DNA of 64,000 bases from a virus. This document shows, one piece after another, positions 38,991 through 48,972 of the stretch. Each line of letters begins with the position of its first letter. The first letter of the stretch is position 1. Location: positions 121,115 through 185,114 of the IMG/VR virus record IMGVR_UViG_3300034101_006340. One strand, written 5' to 3'. The position numbers and the translations under genes are program-made. The notes under the pieces were generated by a model that saw only the letters and a program-made list of their open reading frames with translations, was not told the DNA's origin and made no database searches.

Positions 38991-40814
38991 TCAGGGTGAA
39001 CCACCGTCGATTACAGCGTAGTAGATATAAGTTGGACTACCAGCACTAACGCCACTGATTCTAGTTAAGCCGTCTATTACCGTACTAGTTTGTCCTAGAT
39101 TTACTACTGTACTGCCTAATGTTATGCCGCTACTAGCTAATTTAGTGACCGAAATTGCAGCAGTTGCATTAATATCTGCATTTACAATAGTTCCATCTAC
39201 AATTTTAGCACTAGTAACAGTATTATCTGCTAATGTGACACTAATATTAAGAGTACCATTTTGTAGATCCGTTAATGTAACAGATCCTGTACCAGTAACA
39301 TCACCAGAAAGAACACCGGTAATAATCGGATCTGGTTTATTTAATACTTTTGACCAGTCAATATTGGCATCTATTTCGCCAACAGCACCACTGAATACTT
39401 CACTAGTATTTGTAGCATCGGGAATAAATGTGAATTTGCCAGTATTATCGTCAAAACCAAAGAAACCTACTTTAGCTGCGCTGCCATTATGATATAAGAA
39501 TTCAATACCCCTGTCTTTATTATCATCAAAAGTTGGACTATCGCCGCTGCCAATAGTGATAATTGGATCTCTAAGTTTGGTTACTGTGCTTTCAATAGTA
39601 GTGGTTGTACCCGCTACACTAAGATTACCATTAATTGTAACATTACCAGTTGTTGATAAATTATTTGTTACATAAACAGTGCCTAGTGTAACATCTCCAG
39701 TTGCGGACAAATTTCTTAAACTACTAAGATCTTTATTAGAATCAACTACTAAAGCTCTACTAGCCGCTACGGTACCAGCTGTAACACCAGATAAATATGC
39801 TAATTCAGCTAGCGTGGCTCTTGTTGAAGCATCTGTAATATTTGCCCATAGGTGGGTGTGAGAAGATAATGCATATCCGCTAGTATCAATTGTCAGTGTT
39901 CCGGCGCCATCATTATAAGATAGTTGCACACCAGTACCAGCAACCACCATACCACCAACGACATCTTGTACAGCTTCATTAAAGTCTGTGATGTCCGTTG
40001 ACGGATGTTGATGAGCGGCAGCTGTAAATCCGGTCGGTTTACTGGTAATGTTGCCCCAGTGAACCTGACCGCCAGCGCCGCTGGTGTTTAATTCTGTTTC
40101 GGTATAGTATCTATCATCATGTGTGTGACCGCTAAAACTAACACCAGTAACATTAATATTAATTAATTGAGTGCCATTGTCGTCGTATTCTATATAAATT
40201 CCCGTACCGCCATTTAGTCCAGTAGCAACAACATCTCTAATTTCTTCTGGGCTAATACTAGCGGCTGTTACTCTAGCATCAACGGCAGAATTAAAATCCG
40301 TCATCTGAGTCGATAAAATGCCAGTCACAGAAAATGTTATAGTATTATTATTATCATCAACAGAAATACCAACACCACTATTACCAATTAAAATACCTCC
40401 AATAAGATCTCTAACATGTTCATTGTCTAAATTAATTTGATAATCATCACCAGCTTGTACAACACCTATTCCAGTTCCAGCTGATACTGTGGTTGGAGAA
40501 GATCCGGCGATTACAATATCGTTACCACTTAATGTTAAACTAATATTTGAACCAGCTCTAATAGCATTAAAAATAGAAATACCAGTAACAATATTATTAC
40601 TATCTCTAGAATATGATAATCCAATTCCGGTACCACTAGACAACGGAATGCCAGGATAGTAAGGCAAGCTTGTCCATGTGGTGAGACCATCACCAACTTT
40701 AAATAGCTGGCTATTAGTATTAAGACCAACCTCACCATTGCTGAGAGTCGGATTAACGGTATTCCAACCTGAGTTACTGCCTCTTCTTAGTTGTAGTGTT
40801 GTATTAACTGGCAT
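38991..40814 (-). CDS. Fibre protein with Mtd_N-like N-terminus
   Basis: MPVNTTLQLRRG...NPTLSNGEVG...FKVGDG..W.SLPY; DNKDRGIEF..H...KVGFFGFDD; ends IDGGSP. Confidence 0.7.
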   Translation of the reverse strand: MPVNTTLQLRRGSNSGWNTVNPTLSNGEVGLNTNSQLFKVGDGLTTWTSLPYYPGIPLSSGTGIGLSYSRDSNNIVTGISIFNAIRAGSNISLTLSGNDIVIAGSSPTTVSAGTGIGVVQAGDDYQINLDNEHVRDLIGGILIGNSGVGISVDDNNNTITFSVTGILSTQMTDFNSAVDARVTAASISPEEIRDVVATGLNGGTGIYIEYDDNGTQLININVTGVSFSGHTHDDRYYTETELNTSGAGGQVHWGNITSKPTGFTAAAHQHPSTDITDFNEAVQDVVGGMVVAGTGVQLSYNDGAGTLTIDTSGYALSSHTHLWANITDASTRATLAELAYLSGVTAGTVAASRALVVDSNKDLSSLRNLSATGDVTLGTVYVTNNLSTTGNVTINGNLSVAGTTTTIESTVTKLRDPIITIGSGDSPTFDDNKDRGIEFLYHNGSAAKVGFFGFDDNTGKFTFIPDATNTSEVFSGAVGEIDANIDWSKVLNKPDPIITGVLSGDVTGTGSVTLTDLQNGTLNISVTLADNTVTSAKIVDGTIVNADINATAAISVTKLASSGITLGSTVVNLGQTSTVIDGLTRISGVSAGSPTYIYYAVIDGGSP

Positions 40815-40840
40815 TTTAATTCTCCGAAATTAGGATGGTT

Positions 40841-41083
40841 TTATGGTGTTCCGCAGTCTATCTCATAGTTATCGATAAAATTACTTAAATAAACATCTAA
40901 ATCAGTAATTTGAGATGTTGTTATGGTTCCAGTAAATGATACTGGTGGTAGGTCTGATACTAAAATTTTTTCAGTATTAACAACTTCCAAATAAATATTA
41001 GGAATATCTGCTATAGAGCCGCTTTCGATCTCTATAGATGTCAATGGTTCACTTTCAATTTCTACAACATAGATATAGCTCAT
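40841..41083 (-). CDS. Small acidic structural protein ending IDCGTP
   Basis: ORF between 41083..41484 and the fibre gene, TAATG-coupled. Confidence 0.55.
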   Translation of the reverse strand: MSYIYVVEIESEPLTSIEIESGSIADIPNIYLEVVNTEKILVSDLPPVSFTGTITTSQITDLDVYLSNFIDNYEIDCGTP

Positions 41084-41484
41084 TATGTACAATCCAATAA
41101 AGTGTCAGTTTTACTTTTACGCTTCAAAATAGTTACAGTACCATATATAATTCTAATAACGTATTTTCCACCTTCACTATAAAAGTTATCGTCTGACTGC
41201 AATTCTAAGTCATATTTAGCATTAGTAAATGAAAATCCATTGGTGGTGTTAGCTGGAAATAATAAAGTTAATTTTCCATTAGCACCATCAATAGTAAATT
41301 TATATACACTATAATCAATGTTCTCTGTTGTAAAAACCTGTGTTACATTAGCATTAGTCTTCCATATTAGCCGAGCACACCATCCTGTGATATTGATAGG
41401 ACTACCGCTATCGTCTTTATATACTAATGCCAATTTAAAAGAGCTACCTTGTTCTATACTAAAGTTATATTCTGCTGCTGGCAT
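41083..41484 (-). CDS. Small virion adaptor-like protein (paralogue of 23682..24122)
   Basis: MPAAEYNFSIEQG...PINITGWCARL...GKLTL...AKYDLELQ. Confidence 0.6.
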   Translation of the reverse strand: MPAAEYNFSIEQGSSFKLALVYKDDSGSPINITGWCARLIWKTNANVTQVFTTENIDYSVYKFTIDGANGKLTLLFPANTTNGFSFTNAKYDLELQSDDNFYSEGGKYVIRIIYGTVTILKRKSKTDTLLDCT

Positions 41485-41513
41485 TAAATGACTCCTGAAA
41501 AAGAGTGCTTATC

Positions 41514-41530
41514 ATTATATTAATACACCC
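41514..41530 (-). promoter_or_regulatory. Candidate late-promoter motif GGGTGTATTAATATAAT
   Basis: Lies just past the capsid-gene terminator, 30 nt upstream of ATG 41484. Confidence 0.5.
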
Positions 41531-41541
41531 ATCACAATAAT

Positions 41542-41570
41542 AAAAAAAGCCGCCCGAATGAGCGGCTTTT
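41542..41570 (-). terminator. Rho-independent terminator after major capsid gene
   Basis: Minus strand reads AAAAGCCGC-TCATTCGG-GCGGCTTTTTTT, ~30 nt after the MCP stop. Confidence 0.85.
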
Positions 41571-41597
41571 CTTATTCATTGCAAAATCAACGAACTA

Positions 41598-42608
41598 TTA
41601 TAGAGAGCCAAGAAGAACTCTACGATTATCAAGAACAGCAAAGCCTTGCTCTGCCCAACCGTAGAAACCAGCTCTTTTCTGACGATGTAGGGTATCGTCT
41701 TCGAAGATCTGAACCTCTTCACGAATTGGCATTATGAAACTATCTCTCTTACGGAGATCAAGGCCAACAACTAGCTCGTTGTCACCACCTGGGAGACTGG
41801 CGCTTAGTGTGTTGTTGTAGAAGAGTTGATATTCTTGACCTTCACCAAGTTCGTCTAGGTCGTGAAGATTAACACCAAAGACTCTGTTAACAGAACCATC
41901 AGCAGCGGTATAGATTTCACGACGAGTGACTTCATCAACCTGATCAACGCCCCAATTACGGATATCTTCCATAGCTTCGGGAGAAACGTATAGATCTGTT
42001 AAAAGACCACGATTATTTGAAGCAGAGTTACCGCCACCGTTACGACGCATAACGGTCTTCATCAAACTAACGAGACGCTTTGTGAACTGACCAGCAGCAG
42101 CATCACTATCATAAACTACGATGTTGCGATCAACACCAGCAGCCAGAAGTGTATGCCAGCCATCATCATTCATCTTCTTAACAAATGAAGCCTCTAGAAC
42201 TTCCATAGCACGACCAACAACATCCCAGCGAGCATCTCTAGCATACTTTAGGAGATAGTCGATACTGGCGCCAATATCGAAGGTTGGGACCATAACATAG
42301 TCACCCTCAACATGGCGTTCTGGAATATAGCCGTGATTTGGAACAGTATAGGCAACAAAGTCCTTTTCTGTTCCTGGAGCTAGAAAATCAAGGGGAAATT
42401 CTGGAGTAGCACTTTGAGCCAAACGAATTGGTTCGAAGATGCCGTTCAGAATATCGCCATTTAATACACCCTGACGAAGTGGCTGCTCTAGAGCTTTTGC
42501 AAACTCTGCATTAGCAGCTAACGATGTTTCTCTGTGTGCAGAGCCAGAACGAACAAGAAGATCTGTTAATTCTGGTGTTGGTTGAAAAACTTTACTATTT
42601 GCTGACAT
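41598..42608 (-). CDS. Major capsid protein (HK97-fold inferred)
   Basis: 336 aa at the canonical position after protease/scaffold and decoration genes, with a strong terminator. C-terminal GFYGWAEQGFAVLDNRRV is typical of MCP ends. Confidence 0.85.
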   Translation of the reverse strand: MSANSKVFQPTPELTDLLVRSGSAHRETSLAANAEFAKALEQPLRQGVLNGDILNGIFEPIRLAQSATPEFPLDFLAPGTEKDFVAYTVPNHGYIPERHVEGDYVMVPTFDIGASIDYLLKYARDARWDVVGRAMEVLEASFVKKMNDDGWHTLLAAGVDRNIVVYDSDAAAGQFTKRLVSLMKTVMRRNGGGNSASNNRGLLTDLYVSPEAMEDIRNWGVDQVDEVTRREIYTAADGSVNRVFGVNLHDLDELGEGQEYQLFYNNTLSASLPGGDNELVVGLDLRKRDSFIMPIREEVQIFEDDTLHRQKRAGFYGWAEQGFAVLDNRRVLLGSL

Positions 42609-42632
42609 GTTTATGTTCTCCCTTTTGTTTGA

Positions 42633-43103
42633 TTAGGCAATGTTTACTGCTACTTTGACATAACCATCTGCGTCTTTTGAACTCAAAAAACGACCAACTT
42701 TATAAACTGCATCTTCTGTTGTGCCGTCCGCAGGAGCAGAAGCGGAGAAATAACCGCTTGCACCAACATAAGCAGCAGCACCAGCAGATGGTGTACCGGT
42801 TACAAGATTAGTTGTAACTTGACCAACTTGTAGCAAAGTAACTTTGCCACCGACTTGAACTTCGTCTTTGTGCCAATTGATGTGTTGTCTTGTAAGATCA
42901 AGATTAACAACATCATTTAGAAGAACACCAACAGGCTTGCATCCGCTAGTTGTTGCGGCGTAACTAACAACAGCGTTGCTGTCGTCCATTGCCACGCCAG
43001 AACCACCGGTAGATACTGAAGCAACGCCACCTCTGGTAGCTGTTGTGTTCATGAAAAATGAAACGTCTGTTTGTAATTCGATACGATCAGGTTTTAGAGC
43101 CAT
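42633..43103 (-). CDS. Capsid decoration/cement protein
   Basis: 156 aa, Gly/Ala/Val-rich (PVGVLLNDVVN...GGKVTLLQVGQVTTN...GAAAYV), directly upstream of MCP. Confidence 0.65.
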   Translation of the reverse strand: MALKPDRIELQTDVSFFMNTTATRGGVASVSTGGSGVAMDDSNAVVSYAATTSGCKPVGVLLNDVVNLDLTRQHINWHKDEVQVGGKVTLLQVGQVTTNLVTGTPSAGAAAYVGASGYFSASAPADGTTEDAVYKVGRFLSSKDADGYVKVAVNIA

Positions 43104-43119
43104 GTTTACTTCTCCCTTA

Positions 43120-43869
43120 TTATGAGTTTTTACCGAGTCTAGCGCTTACGAATTCTAAAAGTTCTGCACGAACTGTTTCTGTTTTTGTTTCTGTCTCATC
43201 ACTGCCAACACTAAGATCAACAGTTTCTTCGACTTCAACTTCTTCTAGGGCAGAAACACTTTCGTCTTCTGATGCCATGGGCTTCTTCTTTGGTGGCATA
43301 ACGGCAGCTTCTTCTTTCTTGGTCTTGTCTTTCTTGATTTTTTCTAACCAAGGAGGCATTTTACCAGCAAATAGTGAAGTCATGCTATCAAAAGCTTCGT
43401 CTTCGATGGATTCGAATTTATCCACAACACTCGCTGCGACCTCAGTGTCTACGCCTTGTTCAATTAGAGAGGCCATTCTTTTCATTTTCTTTTCTTTCTT
43501 AGCCATCTCTTCTTCTTTCATTTTCATAGCGGCTAAAGCTTCGTTAGCGACATCTAGTTCGCTCTTAGTTTTCTTAGCCTCTTCGTCCATAACTGCCTTT
43601 TCACTATCGTACTTTTTGGCTAATGTCTCAAGTTCTACATCAAAAGCAGCTTTCATCTTCTTCATTTCTTCTTCCATATCTTCTTTTGCTGCTTTCATTT
43701 TCTTCATCTCTTCGTCTTTTTCTTTCATAGCAGCTTCAAGAGTTTGGTTAGTATCTTTGAGTTGAGAAGCTAATGAATATGCTTCTTTGACAGTATCAGC
43801 GCAGTTAGCTGAAACGTTATCAATTTTTGCGCCTAGTTCTGCCACTTGTTTTTCTAGATTTTCAGTCAT
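43120..43869 (-). CDS. Nested in-frame scaffolding protein (MTENLEKQVAELG..., 249 aa)
   Basis: Internal ATG with GTGGAG RBS at ~9 nt spacing, and a late-promoter-like motif (GGTGTAATACTAAATA, 43899-43914) just upstream. Confidence 0.55.
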   Translation of the reverse strand: MTENLEKQVAELGAKIDNVSANCADTVKEAYSLASQLKDTNQTLEAAMKEKDEEMKKMKAAKEDMEEEMKKMKAAFDVELETLAKKYDSEKAVMDEEAKKTKSELDVANEALAAMKMKEEEMAKKEKKMKRMASLIEQGVDTEVAASVVDKFESIEDEAFDSMTSLFAGKMPPWLEKIKKDKTKKEEAAVMPPKKKPMASEDESVSALEEVEVEETVDLSVGSDETETKTETVRAELLEFVSARLGKNS

Positions 43870-44688
43870 AGTTATATTCTCCACATTTGAGGTAGACTTA
43901 TTTAGTATTACACCTGAATTAGATAAATCTTCATTTTTTTTCGTCAATATATCAGTCATTTGCTTTTTAGTAAAAATAATACTATCAGGATTAGCTGGTT
44001 TATCGACAAAACCTTTACCACTAAAAGTGATATTTCTTAGTACTCGACCTATCTTATAGTCTTGGTGTTCGCCTTTTCCACCATAGGCTCTAAGATGTTT
44101 TGTTAAATATGCAGTATCATTATTTCTTGCTAAAATTTTATATTCTGAAGTGGCTTTATTAATTAATCCATAATCAAAATTTCTAAAATAACATTCCATA
44201 CTAACATATTTTGTTCCATTTTCAATTTCAGCAATTAATTTTTCAGCTCTTTCTTTAAGATCTGTACTGCTAAAAGCCCTATAAATAACTGAACCAGTTA
44301 AAATATGAAATTTATCTGGTAATAAACCAGGATCAATATTATCATCAATTGGAGTACCGTCTTCATCAATAGGCCAATTAGATGTGATATGTCCTATAAT
44401 AAGATTTTCATCATGTTCCAGATTAGTGGGTTTATCTTCAGGTGTTTTACGAGCAGCCCAAACTTCAGCTTTATCAAAAATATCATCGTTTTTATTCCAA
44501 GAAGAGCTTACTAAAATTGATTGAACATAATATAGATCAGCATCGCTGAATGATCCGGAACTTTTTGCTGCTATACTTTTTAGCTTAGATAATTCTACTG
44601 GTTCCAGAATAGAAGCATATGCTATAGAAGCAGAACTAGATATCTGTTCTGCTAATCCATCATCTGTCTCTTGAGGATAAATAATCAT
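43120..44688 (-). CDS. Prohead protease-scaffold fusion
   Basis: N-half has PTNLEH..IIGH, VSMEC and FSGKGFVDKPANPDS (assemblin-like protease). C-half is a K/E/M/A-rich coiled coil. Located between portal and MCP. Confidence 0.75.
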   Translation of the reverse strand: MIIYPQETDDGLAEQISSSASIAYASILEPVELSKLKSIAAKSSGSFSDADLYYVQSILVSSSWNKNDDIFDKAEVWAARKTPEDKPTNLEHDENLIIGHITSNWPIDEDGTPIDDNIDPGLLPDKFHILTGSVIYRAFSSTDLKERAEKLIAEIENGTKYVSMECYFRNFDYGLINKATSEYKILARNNDTAYLTKHLRAYGGKGEHQDYKIGRVLRNITFSGKGFVDKPANPDSIIFTKKQMTDILTKKNEDLSNSGVILNKSTSNVENITMTENLEKQVAELGAKIDNVSANCADTVKEAYSLASQLKDTNQTLEAAMKEKDEEMKKMKAAKEDMEEEMKKMKAAFDVELETLAKKYDSEKAVMDEEAKKTKSELDVANEALAAMKMKEEEMAKKEKKMKRMASLIEQGVDTEVAASVVDKFESIEDEAFDSMTSLFAGKMPPWLEKIKKDKTKKEEAAVMPPKKKPMASEDESVSALEEVEVEETVDLSVGSDETETKTETVRAELLEFVSARLGKNS

Positions 44689-44709
44689 ATGATGAAACCT
44701 TCAAAATTA

Positions 44710-46878
44710 TTATTGTTGATTAATAAAAGCATAGTATGTGGCTTTAGCCTGTTTTTGTTCATCTGATGACAATTCTCTGCCCAACTCAGATACTACGCCT
44801 TTTATCCATACACTATAACCTTCTAAAGATTGATGATTTATATTAGATATTTTTTCTGAAATATATTCAGAATTAATTGTGCAGAAGGGCTTTAGTCCAA
44901 AAAGTATTTCTGCTTTAAGGTTTTCTAGCTCTTTAACCTCTGTGCTTGATAGTGATCGCAAATTTTTTTTCTGATAAAATTCTAGCATAATGGGATTGAT
45001 AATACTAGCTATATTTTCTTGTGCTTGTGACGCCCAAAGAATTAGACTGGCTCCGGTTTGCGGTCGAAATTCTTTTTGTTTGCGCTTTTCGGAATCTCTG
45101 GATAATTTTGGCCTGCCTTGCTGCGGCTCCCCTGGCAAAGATTCTGGCGAATCTTTGGCCAACTGTGTTGGTTTAAAAGCTTGCCTTAGTTCTAATGAGC
45201 TTTTTTCTCCATTTTTTCTAGCATCTAATTGTAGACCAACTTCGCTAGGAGATGCTACGCCACTTTGTAACGCAATTTTCTTGAGTCCGTTTTCTGGTTG
45301 TGGATCGTGCCAAGGCCCGGATTTTTTAACCATTCTTTCACTCTTTCTATCTCTAGCTTCTCTATTAAGTCTACTCTTTTCCATGTCCGGATCAATGCCA
45401 AATCTATGTTGTAATAATTCATCGCTAATAAGACTTCTATCAGCTAGTTGTATTAATAGAGCCTTTTCGGCATCTTCGTTACTGAGATCCATTTTATCAA
45501 ATTCTACACGAGCAGGGTATCTAAATCCCATGGCTTTTTGTACTAAAGCTATCTCTCTGTCCCAAAATTCTGTTAATGCATCTCTTCCGTATTGAAGTCT
45601 CTGTGTGAGAGTTTTTAAGCTGATAAAGTTATTTGTTGTTCCAGCTGCTCCATACGTTCCAGTTAGTGTTGGAGGAATACCTAAGCCAGCATAAACACTA
45701 TTAAGGTGTGGCGTATATTTAGCTTCTCCTAAAAATTGATGAACATTAGTTTTACTCTCAATTAGTTCTATATCTGGACCCCAAACAAGATCCATAGTGC
45801 CGCCACCAACATTATTACCAAGAATCTGAGCCAGCTTTGCTGCCGCAGCTTTTGTTGGAGAAATTTTATGTTCAAGGCTACCGAGTTTAAAAATGCGAAT
45901 ATTACTAATTGCGCCGTCTAAAGCCGCCATATCTGCTAATTTTAATTTTTCTATAACTGTAATATCGTCCATAATACTATAGATCATAGGATAAGCCCAG
46001 CTTTGCCAATCATCTTTCTTGTAATGAAAAACTAAAACCTTATCCGGGTCTAGAGGAAAAGGCTTCTTGGTTTTAGCTGCTTCAACAATTTGAATTGGTA
46101 AATTAGTTACTATGGCTTGTTCTTGTGGTGTTTTGGGAGAATTAATAACTCTTCTTAAGGCTGCTGGTAATACTAGTTCGTAGGTTTTGCTTGGAGAAAA
46201 AGAGGATAAAGCTCCAGCAGATACCTCAACATAAAATGGATCAATGAAAGTATATTTCCATGGAATTTCTCTTTTTTCTAATTTGATAGTTTCTGTTTCG
46301 TTTATTTGTAAATCAGCATTACCAACGGCTTTATATAGTTCATCAGATACTTTAAGACTAAGTTTTCCAGTTTGTCTATTAATAACAACATTGCCTGTTT
46401 TGTATAGATTATTAAGAAATCGTTCGCTGCGTTCTTTGCCTTTGATTTTTTTAAACCATGTTCTGTAAAATCTTTCAATTCTTTTGTTTTTATGAACTAG
46501 ACGAATACCTTGGGATCCAAAATCGCCCATAAGATCGACAACATTTTTTACTAAACCTATTCGTTGGTAAATATCTTCTGCTTTTTTAATAATACCTTTT
46601 ATTCTTTTAGGAACTGCTTCGTCTGGTCTAAAGAAGTCATAATCACTACGCGTTAGGCCAGGACGACCATCAGTATTAGAATCTAAGCCAGAATAGTCTA
46701 ATCCATAGCGTCTCATAGCAGAAGAATGTTCTACTAAAGTATATTCCGACATAGCTTCTGAGGATGTTTTAAGAGCTTCTTTTTTACTGCCTAGATCGTC
46801 TCCCCATGTAACATAGGCTTCTTCACCAATTATGGAAGCATCATTAATAGCGCTACTTTTTGGATATTTTTTGCTCAT
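44710..46878 (-). CDS. Portal protein
   Basis: 722 aa immediately after TerL. Contains the AGLGIPP motif and VLVFHYKKDDW..WAYP... Confidence 0.8.
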   Translation of the reverse strand: MSKKYPKSSAINDASIIGEEAYVTWGDDLGSKKEALKTSSEAMSEYTLVEHSSAMRRYGLDYSGLDSNTDGRPGLTRSDYDFFRPDEAVPKRIKGIIKKAEDIYQRIGLVKNVVDLMGDFGSQGIRLVHKNKRIERFYRTWFKKIKGKERSERFLNNLYKTGNVVINRQTGKLSLKVSDELYKAVGNADLQINETETIKLEKREIPWKYTFIDPFYVEVSAGALSSFSPSKTYELVLPAALRRVINSPKTPQEQAIVTNLPIQIVEAAKTKKPFPLDPDKVLVFHYKKDDWQSWAYPMIYSIMDDITVIEKLKLADMAALDGAISNIRIFKLGSLEHKISPTKAAAAKLAQILGNNVGGGTMDLVWGPDIELIESKTNVHQFLGEAKYTPHLNSVYAGLGIPPTLTGTYGAAGTTNNFISLKTLTQRLQYGRDALTEFWDREIALVQKAMGFRYPARVEFDKMDLSNEDAEKALLIQLADRSLISDELLQHRFGIDPDMEKSRLNREARDRKSERMVKKSGPWHDPQPENGLKKIALQSGVASPSEVGLQLDARKNGEKSSLELRQAFKPTQLAKDSPESLPGEPQQGRPKLSRDSEKRKQKEFRPQTGASLILWASQAQENIASIINPIMLEFYQKKNLRSLSSTEVKELENLKAEILFGLKPFCTINSEYISEKISNINHQSLEGYSVWIKGVVSELGRELSSDEQKQAKATYYAFINQQ

Positions 46879-46935
46879 ATATTTTTAATACCATTGTATT
46901 GGGATTGTAATGCGATTGTATCTTTAATACACTAA

Positions 46936-48972
46936 TTATCTATAAATTCCGCCGTAAATATCGTCGTTGGCCCCGGCTACAAACCAATCTGGTCCTTTAT
47001 ACATCTGTCCTTCATGTTTTACTATTTGATCTCTGTTACCTCCAATAACCTCATAGTTATTTTGAGGAACTAAAGCTATTCTTTGTTGTCTAGCTATCAT
47101 ATTAGCTATTACTAAAGCACTATATCGGTCTTTTCTTAGTCTTCCTTTTTTACCGTTTTGTAGTTTAACTTCTGGAGTATCCCATCGATCTCTTCCTCCG
47201 GACCCTGTACTGGTTTGTGTCATTACTATAGTAGTAAGCTCATTTTTTAGTTCTTCTATTTCTAAAATGCATTCACTGAGGCTGTCATATAGTGGAGATA
47301 AATCTGTGTTCATAATATCTTTACCTTCTTTATCTAAAGCTAATCCAAGTGTTAATTGATCAAAGCGAGGAAATAGCAAAGCCTTATCCTCTAAGTCTTT
47401 TCTTAGTCCATGATTAGCCTGGCCAGTCCAATCTGCTCTAACAAATTGAATTAGTTCAAGAATATGTTGTCCTGGTTGATCATCAGTGTCTTTAGATTTA
47501 TCATAATCAATAACAGGCCATATTAAAGATTCTCCTTCTTGAAGACGATTAGGGTCGTGTAAAGCTTCTTCAATAGATACTCCACCACCTTGAGCATCAA
47601 GCCCGATGCGTAAAGGAGGAAAGCTTTTCATTAAATCTCGTATCTTTCTAGCACAATAGCTATAAAAATCATGGTCTTTAATCAGCCCTGTTTTTTGTCT
47701 TTCTTTAAAATTATTACGATTAGTAGTCCAACAATAAACTACTCTACAATGGTCTTTATGAACTTCTAATATAACAATACTAAAGTTGTCTCTTTCAGAA
47801 GCAGGGTCTATACCATATACATAGTGATGATTAGCGTTTCCAGTTACAGTTGCATCAAATAGAATAGGTTTACTATCTAGTAATATGGGTTTGGTATCAC
47901 TAACAACACAACTCTCTATAAGGCTTCGTTTAAAAAATCCGTCACTATCAGCAGTAAAGCAAGCAGCGTATTCCATATTATATATGCCAGTATGAATAGT
48001 TGCTTTGGCTCGTGCCACTTGTTTATCATCCATAAAACCTTTGGGTATTAATTCATACGGTATGCGAATAATACTATAGTCTTGCCAATTAAAATTATCT
48101 GGAACTTCTCCATTAAATATTTCTCCTAGCTTTCTATTGTCTCCGCCGCTTTCTATAATTGCTTTATATCGTCTCCAATAGGATGCAAAGTGTTTAAAGG
48201 CATAATCAGCAGTTCCACTAATAATAGCTTGGTTGCCCATTTTATAACTTAAAATTTCTAAATCATTATTCCAAACACCAGCATCTTTCATAGCTTGTTT
48301 ACGGGCTTCTTCTTTAACGTTCTGAATAGGACTAGCAGATACAGCAGCGAATCCAGCTACTACTGTTTCATAAATGTCCGGAGATATTGATGCGAACTCG
48401 TCTGCGATGATAATGTGTGCTCTTAATCCTCTAATTTTGCTACCATCGCCCATTGGTACAGCAATTGTCCAGCTGTCTCCTAACCTTATTGTACATCTAT
48501 CAACATCTCGACGCGGACCATCATCAGATCCTGTAAATATACTGCGTAAGATTGGACTAGTACGCCACATATTTTCCATATATTCAAAGATAATTTTACT
48601 TTGACGAAATGCAGCACCAACAATAACTATTTTAGTTCCCGGATGAAAAATACATCGTAAAACAGAATACAAAGCTAATAAAAAGCTTTTACCCCAACCA
48701 CGACTAGCAATATACATAGGGAATGGACGATTCCAAAATTCCTGTAAAATTACTACTTGCATAGGATGAAGTTCAATATTAAAAAGTAATTTGCAAGTGG
48801 CACCAAAATATTTTGGATCACGTAATAATCGTATAAGATGTAAGTCTGGATTCTCTATCTCTTTTTCGGTTCGTCGAATCATAGGATTATTCGGTATGTT
48901 TAAAACCGACAAATCACCAAGACCCAACCAAGCATTATCAAATATTTTTTTCTGGTTGTCCGTAAAGCTCAT
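46936..48972 (-). CDS. terL: Terminase large subunit
   Basis: Q motif LHPMQ, Walker A ASRGWGKS, Walker B IIIADEF, RNase H-like YGIDPA and DRYSAL. Confidence 0.92.
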   Translation of the reverse strand: MSFTDNQKKIFDNAWLGLGDLSVLNIPNNPMIRRTEKEIENPDLHLIRLLRDPKYFGATCKLLFNIELHPMQVVILQEFWNRPFPMYIASRGWGKSFLLALYSVLRCIFHPGTKIVIVGAAFRQSKIIFEYMENMWRTSPILRSIFTGSDDGPRRDVDRCTIRLGDSWTIAVPMGDGSKIRGLRAHIIIADEFASISPDIYETVVAGFAAVSASPIQNVKEEARKQAMKDAGVWNNDLEILSYKMGNQAIISGTADYAFKHFASYWRRYKAIIESGGDNRKLGEIFNGEVPDNFNWQDYSIIRIPYELIPKGFMDDKQVARAKATIHTGIYNMEYAACFTADSDGFFKRSLIESCVVSDTKPILLDSKPILFDATVTGNANHHYVYGIDPASERDNFSIVILEVHKDHCRVVYCWTTNRNNFKERQKTGLIKDHDFYSYCARKIRDLMKSFPPLRIGLDAQGGGVSIEEALHDPNRLQEGESLIWPVIDYDKSKDTDDQPGQHILELIQFVRADWTGQANHGLRKDLEDKALLFPRFDQLTLGLALDKEGKDIMNTDLSPLYDSLSECILEIEELKNELTTIVMTQTSTGSGGRDRWDTPEVKLQNGKKGRLRKDRYSALVIANMIARQQRIALVPQNNYEVIGGNRDQIVKHEGQMYKGPDWFVAGANDDIYGGIYR

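Noticed and set aside
715-40814. Diversity-generating retroelement suggested by Mtd_N-like domains
   Set aside because: No reverse transcriptase and no TR/VR pair differing at adenines were seen. Mtd_N is only the anchor domain.
43058-45595. Long plus-strand ORFs 43058..43765 and 44990..45595 (and similar antisense ORFs elsewhere)
   Set aside because: These are shadow frames opposite scaffold, portal and other real genes, with no RBS or motifs.
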